Below are positions 17,036 to 25,714 of a DNA stretch of 64,000 nucleotides, one piece after another. The stretch spans positions 71,130 to 135,129 of the forward strand of contig CAYRCL010000055.1 in NCBI GenBank assembly GCA_964422795.1, in the 5' to 3' direction. A program made the position numbers and the translations under genes. The stretch comes from an uncultured Chloroflexota bacterium. GTDB taxonomy: Bacteria > Chloroflexota > UBA11872. A model generated the notes under the pieces. That model saw nothing but the letters and a program-made list of their open reading frames with translations. It did not search any database and was not told where the DNA came from. Every line of letters begins with the position of its first letter. The stretch's first letter is position 1.

Positions 17036-17803
17036 TTGGATATTCAAGTTAAGACCGGATTGATTGTTGATCTCCAATCGCTGGAGGCGATGTCGAACCA
17101 CCACGTGGTGCAAGTGCATTATGGGCGACTGCTGGAACGGCTTATCCGTGATCGACAGCTGGTTCGCGCCGCTGTGTACGGGGCAGTGGATCATGACGAT
17201 CCTTCGTCTGAGCAGCGGCTTGGGAGGATTGCTCGTGAAGGATTTAAAATTGTCAGCAAGTCTCTACGGCGCCGCGCTGACGGCGTTCGACGCGCGAGCC
17301 TGAACGTGAATGTTGCCGTTGACGTCCTGGAATTGGCTCCAAATATCGATGTACTTACGTTGGTCACAGCGGATGCTGATTTTGTTCCTCTCGTTGAGGC
17401 TGTTCAGCGTTGTGGTGTACGTGTGGAGGTTGTGATGTCTGGAGAGTTAGCTCCGTCTGGATTGGCGGAGGTCGCGGATGTCGTGATCGACTTCTCGGCG
17501 TTGTTGGCGGATGTACGTCGCCCATCCGAACGCTCCCGATCGTTGCCACGCGAACGTGGACGGTCTCGGGCACGGGTCGAAGCTCCAACGAGGCATTCAT
17601 CACGTCATCCGGAATCTGTCGACCGCGATGTTCGGATCGGTGAAGCCGAGCGCACGAAAAGCGAAGAGCGTGGGCGTTCTGAGCCAGAGCGTGAATCTCA
17701 GGCCCCTGTACGTAACGAGTCTGGACACCGGCCACGGCTTAAAGTCATGCCAGAAGAGAAACTGAGTGGGCGTGCTCTGTCCCAGCGACCCGCTGAGGAT
17801 TGA
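17036..17803 (+). CDS. NYN-domain (LabA-like) protein with a charged R/S/E-rich disordered C-terminal tail
   Basis: GLIVDLQSL...; DVLTLVTADADFVPLVEAVQRCGVRVEVV. Tail is RSRSLPRERGRSRARVEAPTRHSSRHPES...EERGRSEPERES. TTG start. Confidence 0.65.
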   Translation: MDIQVKTGLIVDLQSLEAMSNHHVVQVHYGRLLERLIRDRQLVRAAVYGAVDHDDPSSEQRLGRIAREGFKIVSKSLRRRADGVRRASLNVNVAVDVLELAPNIDVLTLVTADADFVPLVEAVQRCGVRVEVVMSGELAPSGLAEVADVVIDFSALLADVRRPSERSRSLPRERGRSRARVEAPTRHSSRHPESVDRDVRIGEAERTKSEERGRSEPERESQAPVRNESGHRPRLKVMPEEKLSGRALSQRPAED

Positions 17804-18676
17804 ATGCGAGTAGCAGTCACCGCCACAATTTGGGGTGAGACACCGTTTCGAGAAGTTTCTGATCAAGCCCGCGAAGGTGGATACGCTGGAATTGAGGGTG
17901 TGGGTGAATTGGTCGGCAATGCTGTTCTTGCCCGCAAGGTCATCGCCGATGCAGGTTTGGACGTTTCCGGTGGAAGATTTTTCGCGAATTGGTTTTCAGA
18001 TCTTTACCAGGAGATAGAACTCGATCAGCTTCGGCGGGCGGCTGAATTTCTGGCTGAAATTGGGGCTGAATGTGTGATCACTTCCTCACGTCCGGTACCC
18101 GAACGCATTGAAACGGCTGGCCATGTTGTGGGGGAGCGACAGGATGGGTTGGTGGACTCTCAATGGATCCACTTGGCTGACACACTTGCGAAGGCAGTCC
18201 ACATTTGCGACCGAGAATTTGACTTACCGCTGTTCTTCCGTAATCAGCTCGGATCCTACGTTGAGACTGTGGATGAGCTGGAGCAACTGATGAGTCTCAC
18301 TGATCCTGCTACTTTGCGCTTAGCACCAGACATCGGATACCTCTTTTATGCCGGTGTGGATCCGGTTCCATTTTTGCGTGAGAACTACGAGCGCATTGGC
18401 TATGTGACGTTGAAGGATCTCGATTCCGACTTGCATGAAATATATTTAGACCGTAAAGCATCGCTACGTGAATTCTGGGACGCTGGAGGATTTGTCGAGC
18501 TTGGAGAGGGTGATGTGGATATAGCAGGTGTTGTTGCGCTTTTGAAGGAACGTGAATTCGAAGGATGGGTTGCAGTGGGGCACGATTATCCAGGACGAGA
18601 CCCTGCGGCGAGTGTGCAGATCGCTCGCGATTATCTGGTTGGATTAGGTCTCGAACTGGAGTCAGGCCTCGAATGA
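17804..18676 (+). CDS. Sugar phosphate isomerase/epimerase (xylose-isomerase-like TIM barrel)
   Basis: AP-endonuclease-2/xylose-isomerase-like TIM pattern. ATG directly follows the NYN gene stop. Confidence 0.65.
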   Translation: MRVAVTATIWGETPFREVSDQAREGGYAGIEGVGELVGNAVLARKVIADAGLDVSGGRFFANWFSDLYQEIELDQLRRAAEFLAEIGAECVITSSRPVPERIETAGHVVGERQDGLVDSQWIHLADTLAKAVHICDREFDLPLFFRNQLGSYVETVDELEQLMSLTDPATLRLAPDIGYLFYAGVDPVPFLRENYERIGYVTLKDLDSDLHEIYLDRKASLREFWDAGGFVELGEGDVDIAGVVALLKEREFEGWVAVGHDYPGRDPAASVQIARDYLVGLGLELESGLE

Positions 18677-19830
18677 CACGCCTACTCAATCGAAGGGCCC
18701 TTTTGGGTTCCGGTGTGTCTGTCTCAGCTCTGGCAGTGACTGCTGCGTGTGGTGACAACCCGATCAATGGTTCGCGGTTAAGCTCGATACCCTTAGCTGA
18801 CGTGTCGCCTTGGGGTGTGAATACCTTTCTTGATTTAGAGGTCGAGACATGGAAACGGCGGCAGACGCTTCGTATGGTGCAGGATGCTGGTATCCGTTGG
18901 ATTAAGCAGCATGTTCCTTGGGCTGATATTGAGATTCCGGGACCGGGACAGTATTTCGATGCTGCAGCCCGCCGCAGTTCTTGGGTGAAGTATGACGAAA
19001 TTGTTGATCTAGCCGATGAATTCAATGTTGAGATCATTGCCCGGGTTGACCGAGCGCCTGCTTGGTCTCGACCTAATCTTCGACATCCCACTTCGCCTCC
19101 ATACGATTTTGACTTATATGCTTCTTTTCTAACGAAACTTGCTACGCGTTATCGCGGAAGGATTCGCCATTACCAGATCTGGAACGAGCCAAATTTGTCT
19201 TCGGAGTGGGGTGGAGCTCCTCCGGATCCAAAGGGTTATGCCAATCTATTGCGTGTAGCTTTCGATGCCGTCAAATCGGTGGATAACGCCAACGTGGTGA
19301 TTGCCGCACCCCTCGCAGCGACGTTGGAGAACAGTCCACGTGCGATGGATGAGCTGGCCTATCTTGAGCGTATCTATGAGCGTGGGGCTGGTGCATATTT
19401 AGATGTGCAGGCCGCGAATGCTTTTGGTCTTGAGTATCCACCAGACGCGCCGCCCGACAGAGATGTTTTGAACTTTCGTCGAGTCGAGTTCTTGCGTGAA
19501 TTGATGATCGAGTTTGGTCTTTCGGGCAAGCCAATCTGGTTCAATGAATATGGATGGAATGCTTCGCCTGCGGATATGAGTCCTACAAAGCTCGTCTGGC
19601 GCCGGGTGCCGGAAGAGCAGCAGGCGAGATGGTCGGTGGAGGGTGTTCGCTACGGTCTGTCACATTGGCCGTGGGCAGGTGTCTTCAATCTCTGGTTTTT
19701 CCGCAAACCGCTTGGGGCACTGCAGCCCAACCAGAGCGAGTACTACTTCCGGATGGTCGACCCGGATTTTACGCCGCGTCTCGTGTATCGAGCTGTGCGG
19801 CGCGCCGCTACTGGCGTCTCCTTTCCGTAG
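18673..19830 (+). CDS. Secreted/lipoprotein clan GH-A glycoside hydrolase
   Basis: Tat/lipobox-like N-terminus (NRRALLGSGVSVSALAVTAAC). Catalytic acid/base YQIWNEPNL and nucleophile region WFNEYGW. ATGA overlap with the upstream gene. Confidence 0.75.
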   Translation: MTRLLNRRALLGSGVSVSALAVTAACGDNPINGSRLSSIPLADVSPWGVNTFLDLEVETWKRRQTLRMVQDAGIRWIKQHVPWADIEIPGPGQYFDAAARRSSWVKYDEIVDLADEFNVEIIARVDRAPAWSRPNLRHPTSPPYDFDLYASFLTKLATRYRGRIRHYQIWNEPNLSSEWGGAPPDPKGYANLLRVAFDAVKSVDNANVVIAAPLAATLENSPRAMDELAYLERIYERGAGAYLDVQAANAFGLEYPPDAPPDRDVLNFRRVEFLRELMIEFGLSGKPIWFNEYGWNASPADMSPTKLVWRRVPEEQQARWSVEGVRYGLSHWPWAGVFNLWFFRKPLGALQPNQSEYYFRMVDPDFTPRLVYRAVRRAATGVSFP

Positions 19831-19846
19831 AGTTAGTCTGAACCGC

Positions 19847-22800
19847 GTGATTGCTAAGCGAGTTGGTGGCCAGCGCTTGCTGTTGGCGTGTGGCGCAGTG
19901 ACGGGGGCGATAGTGGTCTCCGTCCTAACATTCATACTGACGGCGTTTGCCGATCGTGGTGTTGTATACGGAACCGCTGCATTGAGTGAAGTACGGCTGG
20001 CGGATGGTCCGGGTATTGGCGCGAACACTTTTCTACATCGAGAACCTGACCATGCAAAGATTCGACGTGAACTCCATGTCTTACGCGGGTCCGGTATTCG
20101 TCTTATCCGGCAGGAATTCAACTGGGCCGAGATTGAGCCGCAAGGTCCCGGGCTACATATTGATTCTTCCGGGCATGACGCATGGGCTAAGTATGATCAG
20201 ATTGTCGATATTGCGGATGAGCTGGGAATCGAGATTTTGGCGCGGCTTGATCGTGCGCCAGCGTGGGCTACGCCAGGATTTGATCCTACCGCGAATCCAT
20301 CGATTCAAGCGCCACCAACCGACAATACTGATTTTGCTGCTTTTGCTGGACGTTTGGCGACGCGTTATAGCGGTCGGATACGCTTTTATCAGATTTGGAA
20401 TGAACCCAATCTCTTAGGAGAGTGGGGTGGGAATCCGCCTGATCCATCGCAATATCTTGCAATGCTTCGTACCGTCGGCCATGCGATACGGACATCGGAC
20501 CACGATGCCAAGATAGTTCTGGCTGGCCTAGCTCCGACGATCGAGACGGGCCCCGAAAACTTGAGTGACCTGCTCTTCTTACGAAGTCTGTATGAACTTG
20601 GGGCCAAAGGGGATTTCGATATTGGGTCCACCATGTCGTATGGGCTATTCACCGGGCCAAATGACGTTCGGGTTGATTATCAGCGCACGAATTTTTCGCG
20701 GGCCGTGCTCTGGCGAGAGATCATGATTGAGTTCGGGGACTTCCAGACTCCGATATGGGCGTCTGAATACGGTTGGATGTCTCTACCCCAAGATTGGTCC
20801 GGAGAGCCTGGGATTTGGGGTAATCACTCGACTTTCGATCAAGCGGCATGGACCGTGGGAGGTATTCGCCGAGCTCGCGAGCAATGGCCTTGGATGCCAA
20901 CGATTGTCGTTTGGGCTTCGCGCTGGCCCGAGGATCCTGATCCTCGTGATCCAACTCCGTTTTTCCGACTGATGGACAAGGATTTCACACCGCGACCGCA
21001 TCTCATAGCTCTACGTCGCGCGTTTGCTTCTAATCATGTGGCGGGTGTTGGTCTACACCAAGAGACGCACAGAGCAATTAGCTATCGAGGCCCATGGCCA
21101 CGGGTTCCGAGCGATTTAGCCTCGCTGATGTTCCAACGACAAACTGGAGTTCCGGGTTCGACCATCACACTTAGGTTTGAGGGTTCGGATATTGCGCTTC
21201 TGAGCCGACGAGGACCTGCGATGGGTCGTATTCTTGCTCGTGTTGACGGGCAAGATGCCCTTGCGGATTCGCTTCCCCGCAATTCTGCTGGCGAAGCAGT
21301 CATTGATCTTTATGCGCCTACAGTTGAGCCATTAGCACGGATCCCAATCGCGACTCGTTTGCCCTCGGGACGCCATGAACTGGAGCTGATTGTTCAGGCG
21401 GATTCAAACCCAGCTTCAGCTGGAGGGCTGGTGATTCTTGATGGCCTGATCGTTGCTGACTCACGACCAATGCTTCCATGGCTTCTTATGTCTGGACTTT
21501 GGGCAGCGACGGCAGCAGTTGTTCTGTGGGCCTTGGCACCAATCGCGGTGATTCGCAAGAAGGTCGCCAGGTTATCTATGGCATGGATGGATAAGACGTG
21601 CGGTCCGTTTCGATCCGTGGAGATCGCCGTAGGCGTAATGGCGATTCTGTACACGTTTTTACCACATGGTGACGGCATATCGGGATGGACGATGGTTCGC
21701 ATTCTTCTGGCAGTCAACGTCGGCTTGCTGGCGATTGCGAGGCTGCGAGAAGTGAGTCTGGTCGCTGTGGCATCAATCCCTTTTGTCGGTGTCGTGGGTC
21801 GCACAGGTGTGATTGATCGACCTGTAAGCGAGATCCTGCTCGTCGCGGTCGTCTTTGCTTTGATCATCAGAGTGATCTGGTCAGGAAATCCAGAAATCAT
21901 GCACGGGCGTTGGCGTTTCGCCGTTGGCTATTTTGTGCTTGCTGGAATTGCGGCAGCGGTATTTGCGGATTTTCCGAAGTTTGCGTTACGAGACTTTCGA
22001 ACGGTGCTTCTGGAGCCGGTGGCTTTCTTCGTGGTGCTCGTCTCGGTGTTGCGTGATAGGTCAGATGTACGGCGTTTGTTAGCGGCATTGGTAACAGGTG
22101 CCACCCTCTTGGCATTGGTCGCCTTAGTTTTGGCTCCAACAGGAGCGTTTGTCGGGGAGACTGTACTGCCACGCCTTCGAGGGACATTTGGATCACCCAA
22201 TAATTTAGGCTTGGTTCTTGAGCGAGCGGTTCCCGTAGCGCTTGCCTTGGTGTTTTCAGCCCGTACCCGACGTACGCCGTGGATGGCTGCTTTGCTTATC
22301 TTGCTCGTAGTGTTGTTGTTGACCTGGAGTCGAGGTGCATGGCTTGGCTGTTTGCTCGGTGTGGCGGTTGCAAGTGTGCATTTCTGGAGACGTTCGAGTG
22401 TGGGATCAAAGATTCTCCAAATGTTCGGCGGGTTTGTTCTCATAGGTTTCGCGGTGCTGACTTTAGGGTTTGACCGATTGGCGCTGTTTCTTCGCATTGG
22501 GGATGGGGGTGTGGCCTCTCGGCTTTCGATTTGGGATGCTGGATGGCGCATGATCCGGGATCACCTGGTGTTTGGCGTCGGCCCCGACAATTTCTTGTCT
22601 CATTACCGAGCCTATATGCGTCCCGATGCTTGGCGTGAACCGAACATCTCACATCCGCATAACCTGCTCTTGGACGCGTGGCTTTCAATAGGGTTGTTTG
22701 GCCTTCTCGCATTTCTATTAGCGGTAGCACTCTTTTGGACAACATGGGCACGTAGTCGCCGCTTATCTAACGGCCAACCTGATCCGTTTGCTTGGGGTAT

Positions 22801-22972
22801 AGCTGGTGCCATGGCGGCTGGTCTTGCGCATGGCTTGGTTGATCATGGCTATTTTCTTCCGGAGCTTGCTGTCTATTTTTGGGTTTTGGTCGCAGCGGTA
22901 GTTGTGCTTAGGCGTATACGGTCAGTTGATGACGAGTCTTTGGCCATTTCCGGCGCTACGGTTTCTGCGTAG
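19847..22972 (+). CDS. Fusion protein: N-terminal TM anchor + clan GH-A glycoside hydrolase domain + beta-rich middle domain + C-terminal O-antigen ligase/polymerase-like (Wzy_C) polytopic domain
   Basis: GH domain is paralogous to the 18673 gene (EFNWAEIEPQGPG...YQIWNEPNL...WASEYGW). C-terminal region has LTWSRGAWLG, FGVGPDNFLSHY and HPHNLLLDAWL motifs across ~10 TM helices. GTG start at 19847 assumed. Confidence 0.8.
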   Translation: MIAKRVGGQRLLLACGAVTGAIVVSVLTFILTAFADRGVVYGTAALSEVRLADGPGIGANTFLHREPDHAKIRRELHVLRGSGIRLIRQEFNWAEIEPQGPGLHIDSSGHDAWAKYDQIVDIADELGIEILARLDRAPAWATPGFDPTANPSIQAPPTDNTDFAAFAGRLATRYSGRIRFYQIWNEPNLLGEWGGNPPDPSQYLAMLRTVGHAIRTSDHDAKIVLAGLAPTIETGPENLSDLLFLRSLYELGAKGDFDIGSTMSYGLFTGPNDVRVDYQRTNFSRAVLWREIMIEFGDFQTPIWASEYGWMSLPQDWSGEPGIWGNHSTFDQAAWTVGGIRRAREQWPWMPTIVVWASRWPEDPDPRDPTPFFRLMDKDFTPRPHLIALRRAFASNHVAGVGLHQETHRAISYRGPWPRVPSDLASLMFQRQTGVPGSTITLRFEGSDIALLSRRGPAMGRILARVDGQDALADSLPRNSAGEAVIDLYAPTVEPLARIPIATRLPSGRHELELIVQADSNPASAGGLVILDGLIVADSRPMLPWLLMSGLWAATAAVVLWALAPIAVIRKKVARLSMAWMDKTCGPFRSVEIAVGVMAILYTFLPHGDGISGWTMVRILLAVNVGLLAIARLREVSLVAVASIPFVGVVGRTGVIDRPVSEILLVAVVFALIIRVIWSGNPEIMHGRWRFAVGYFVLAGIAAAVFADFPKFALRDFRTVLLEPVAFFVVLVSVLRDRSDVRRLLAALVTGATLLALVALVLAPTGAFVGETVLPRLRGTFGSPNNLGLVLERAVPVALALVFSARTRRTPWMAALLILLVVLLLTWSRGAWLGCLLGVAVASVHFWRRSSVGSKILQMFGGFVLIGFAVLTLGFDRLALFLRIGDGGVASRLSIWDAGWRMIRDHLVFGVGPDNFLSHYRAYMRPDAWREPNISHPHNLLLDAWLSIGLFGLLAFLLAVALFWTTWARSRRLSNGQPDPFAWGIAGAMAAGLAHGLVDHGYFLPELAVYFWVLVAAVVVLRRIRSVDDESLAISGATVSA

Positions 22973-24288
22973 GCAGCGAAGTGTCTCACGGCGCGTTCGA
23001 TACGCCAGAGATATTGATCGGATGTGCCGCGTGCGGGCCACGGGCTAGTTTGCTCGTTGCGGAGACCAGCTTGAAGCTGACGATATGCTGTGACGATGCT
23101 TTCGGCTTTCGGTTCGGCGGCAAGCGCCCAATGCACGAAGCTGTCCGGAGGTTGCTTGCCCAGACAGTGTCGAATGAAAAGTCGAAGCAGACGACGACCG
23201 ACCGATACCAAGTCATTTAGCGATCCTGTAGTGTCTGTGAACGTCAACCGTCCGACCGTCGCCAGAAATTCGTGTGCACTACGCCCGCGTAGACGCCCTA
23301 TGGTTTGAAGTTGGGCGAGTCGTGCTTCGTTGGGTTCAAGGTCGGGTTGTATATATCGCTCGTAGAACAGCCGTGGCATTGTTCGTGCGAGAGCGCCTCC
23401 AGCACGTAATCGGATCTCGGCTTCCACGGCCAGTCTGAGGATGCGTTGTCCCGACAGCACGAGTGAAGCGTGAGCACGTGTGGCGAGTGGATGGTGGAAT
23501 AAGAGGTCGGCAGTCCAGCCCCGGTGAACAATTTCAGATCGGGCTTGATAGAACTGCTCGGTCCATTCGTCGAGAATGGGGTGGTTTCCAAGCAACTTCC
23601 CGAGCTCAGCTTGAAGCGATCGCCGTTTGCCGCGATCCAGTCCGATTCGGAGCAATACTTCGAAGGCGGTGGCGAGATGGACAATGCGGGTCCGATCATC
23701 CTCTTGCGGGTTAGCTGAAAAGGACCGTCCATACCAATACATAGCCAGTAATACACGGTCACGATCCGCGATCGCTTGGTCGTTAGTCCAGTTCAAGTCT
23801 TGGGAGAGAGCAAGGCCCGCCGCATCTGGGTTTACATGGTCTTGAATAATCGTCATATCTGGCGTTGGCGGATAGATCGCATCTTTGACGGGGTCAAGCG
23901 ACATATACCGGTCCATGTTTGGTGTTGCCAGCCATGCTTCAGCGTCACTTGAGCCGGGAGGAAACATCCAGATCGTGAGATTCTCGGACTTGGGGGAGCT
24001 CGCTGGGTGTTCGGGGTCGAGGAGCAGATATCCGAGTAATGCAGTGAGATTCTGGATGAGTCGTGCTTTGTGAGCCTCGGTTCCTGCCGGTATGTCGACG
24101 GATATAGACGTTGCGAGACGGATTGGATGGCCTCGCCCGTCACGAAAAACGCTGAGGAGTTCATGTAGCGGTGCGTCCAATTCTTCGCCACTGGTGAGAT
24201 TAAGTCGCACACCCAAGATTTCGATCGGTTCAAATAAAACCAGGTAGGGGAAGATGCCAACGAGACGTTGTGTAGGTTTCACACTCAC
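22873..24288 (-). CDS. Hypothetical 471-aa protein with no family recognisable by eye; contains an Rx4H (HEPN-like) motif
   Basis: Long ORF with consistent coding character. GTG start overlaps the mnmE stop by 4 nt. Motif ARSEIVHRG. Confidence 0.6.
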   Translation of the reverse strand: MSVKPTQRLVGIFPYLVLFEPIEILGVRLNLTSGEELDAPLHELLSVFRDGRGHPIRLATSISVDIPAGTEAHKARLIQNLTALLGYLLLDPEHPASSPKSENLTIWMFPPGSSDAEAWLATPNMDRYMSLDPVKDAIYPPTPDMTIIQDHVNPDAAGLALSQDLNWTNDQAIADRDRVLLAMYWYGRSFSANPQEDDRTRIVHLATAFEVLLRIGLDRGKRRSLQAELGKLLGNHPILDEWTEQFYQARSEIVHRGWTADLLFHHPLATRAHASLVLSGQRILRLAVEAEIRLRAGGALARTMPRLFYERYIQPDLEPNEARLAQLQTIGRLRGRSAHEFLATVGRLTFTDTTGSLNDLVSVGRRLLRLFIRHCLGKQPPDSFVHWALAAEPKAESIVTAYRQLQAGLRNEQTSPWPARGTSDQYLWRIERAVRHFAAYAETVAPEMAKDSSSTDRIRLSTTTAATKTQK

Positions 24289-25673
24289 TTCCCGATGCAG
24301 AACTTCGAGAAGATCGCATCCAGAAGATCTTCCGTGGCGGATTCGCCGGTAATTTCGCCGAGCGTGTTGACTGCGCCACGGACACCAATACTTATGAAGT
24401 CTGAAGGCTCGCTGTTGGCAACGGCACGTCGGGCACCAGCTAATTCTTCACGCGTGCGTCGTAAAGCATCTTCATGACGAATGCTGGCTACAAGTACTAG
24501 GTCGCCGCCGCTCTCGAAGGCGATACCAGTTGTGGCGCGTATGGCGTTTCGCAGCTCCTCAATGTCATCCACAAGGGCGGAAGTATGGACGACTGTGGCG
24601 TTTGGGAGGAGCCTGGCAATGTCCCGACGATGAATTCCCTGTGGAAGATCGCGTTTGTTGAGTGCCACGATCGTTGGTTTATCTGTTGCCCGAATGCGAG
24701 ATGCCGCGTTCAGGTCGGTTTGGAGTAGAGGGCGGCTGGAATCGATCACCAGAATAGCCACATCAGAAATCTCGAGCGCCTGTTTTGTTCTCGCCACTCC
24801 AATGTCTTCGACCGGGTCCTGTGTATCGCGAAGGCCCGCGGTATCGTTGAGGACGATGGGCACGCCATCGAGGTTAAACGATTCCTCGAGGACGTCTCGT
24901 GTTGTTCCCGGCACGTTCGTTACGATCGCTCGGTCTGTGCTGAGCAGTGCGTTTAGCAAGGATGATTTCCCGACGTTTGGACTGCCAATCAAGGCCACAC
25001 GTAGGCCGTGCCGTTGCATAATTCCGCGCTTGGACGATTCCAGTACAGTACTCAGCTGGCGATCCAGTTGATCAAGTAGGGTCCCAATGGTTTCGCGGTC
25101 CATTGCTGGAACGTCGTCCTCGTCGAAGTCAACTTCCGCTTCCATTTGGGCTAACAGGTCTACACAGGCTCGGCGCATATTGTGGACCGCGTCGGACAGG
25201 CGACCGGCAAGTTGGTTGGCTGCGACTGATACTCCTTCGGGAGTCGGTGCTGCCACCAGGTCAGCTACAGCTTCTGCCTGGGCGAGGTCGATACGGCCAC
25301 TGAGGAATGCACGTAAGGTGAATTCGCCGGCTCGGGCTGGTTGGGCCCCGGCGGCGAGCACACGATCGAGCACACGGGTGAGGATTATTGGTCCGCCGTG
25401 ACAGCTTAACTCCACCACATCCTCGCCCGTATATGAATGTGGACCTGGCATGTAGAGCAATAGCGCTTGATCGATGATCTGGCCATTGTCGTCGTTAATG
25501 TGGACGAGGTGAGCGTGGCGGGGTTTGAGCTCCGAATCTATCGAACGGTCGGTTATCGCGTACGCGATCGTGGATGCTCCAGTTCCGCTAATTCGAACAA
25601 TCCCAATCCCACCGCGTCCAATGGGTGTGGCAATAGCTGCAATCGTGTCGGCAGTGAATTCGTTACGCATCAA
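24285..25673 (-). CDS. mnmE: tRNA modification GTPase MnmE (TrmE)
   Basis: N-terminal TIAAIATPIGRGGIGIVRISG, G-domain (GSPNVGKSSLLNAL; DTAGLR), and the C-terminal CIGK motif. Confidence 0.95.
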   Translation of the reverse strand: MMRNEFTADTIAAIATPIGRGGIGIVRISGTGASTIAYAITDRSIDSELKPRHAHLVHINDDNGQIIDQALLLYMPGPHSYTGEDVVELSCHGGPIILTRVLDRVLAAGAQPARAGEFTLRAFLSGRIDLAQAEAVADLVAAPTPEGVSVAANQLAGRLSDAVHNMRRACVDLLAQMEAEVDFDEDDVPAMDRETIGTLLDQLDRQLSTVLESSKRGIMQRHGLRVALIGSPNVGKSSLLNALLSTDRAIVTNVPGTTRDVLEESFNLDGVPIVLNDTAGLRDTQDPVEDIGVARTKQALEISDVAILVIDSSRPLLQTDLNAASRIRATDKPTIVALNKRDLPQGIHRRDIARLLPNATVVHTSALVDDIEELRNAIRATTGIAFESGGDLVLVASIRHEDALRRTREELAGARRAVANSEPSDFISIGVRGAVNTLGEITGESATEDLLDAIFSKFCIGK

Positions 25674-25714
25674 TATCCTGACGCTGAATCCTTTCCGATT
25701 TGATCAAAGGGGGT

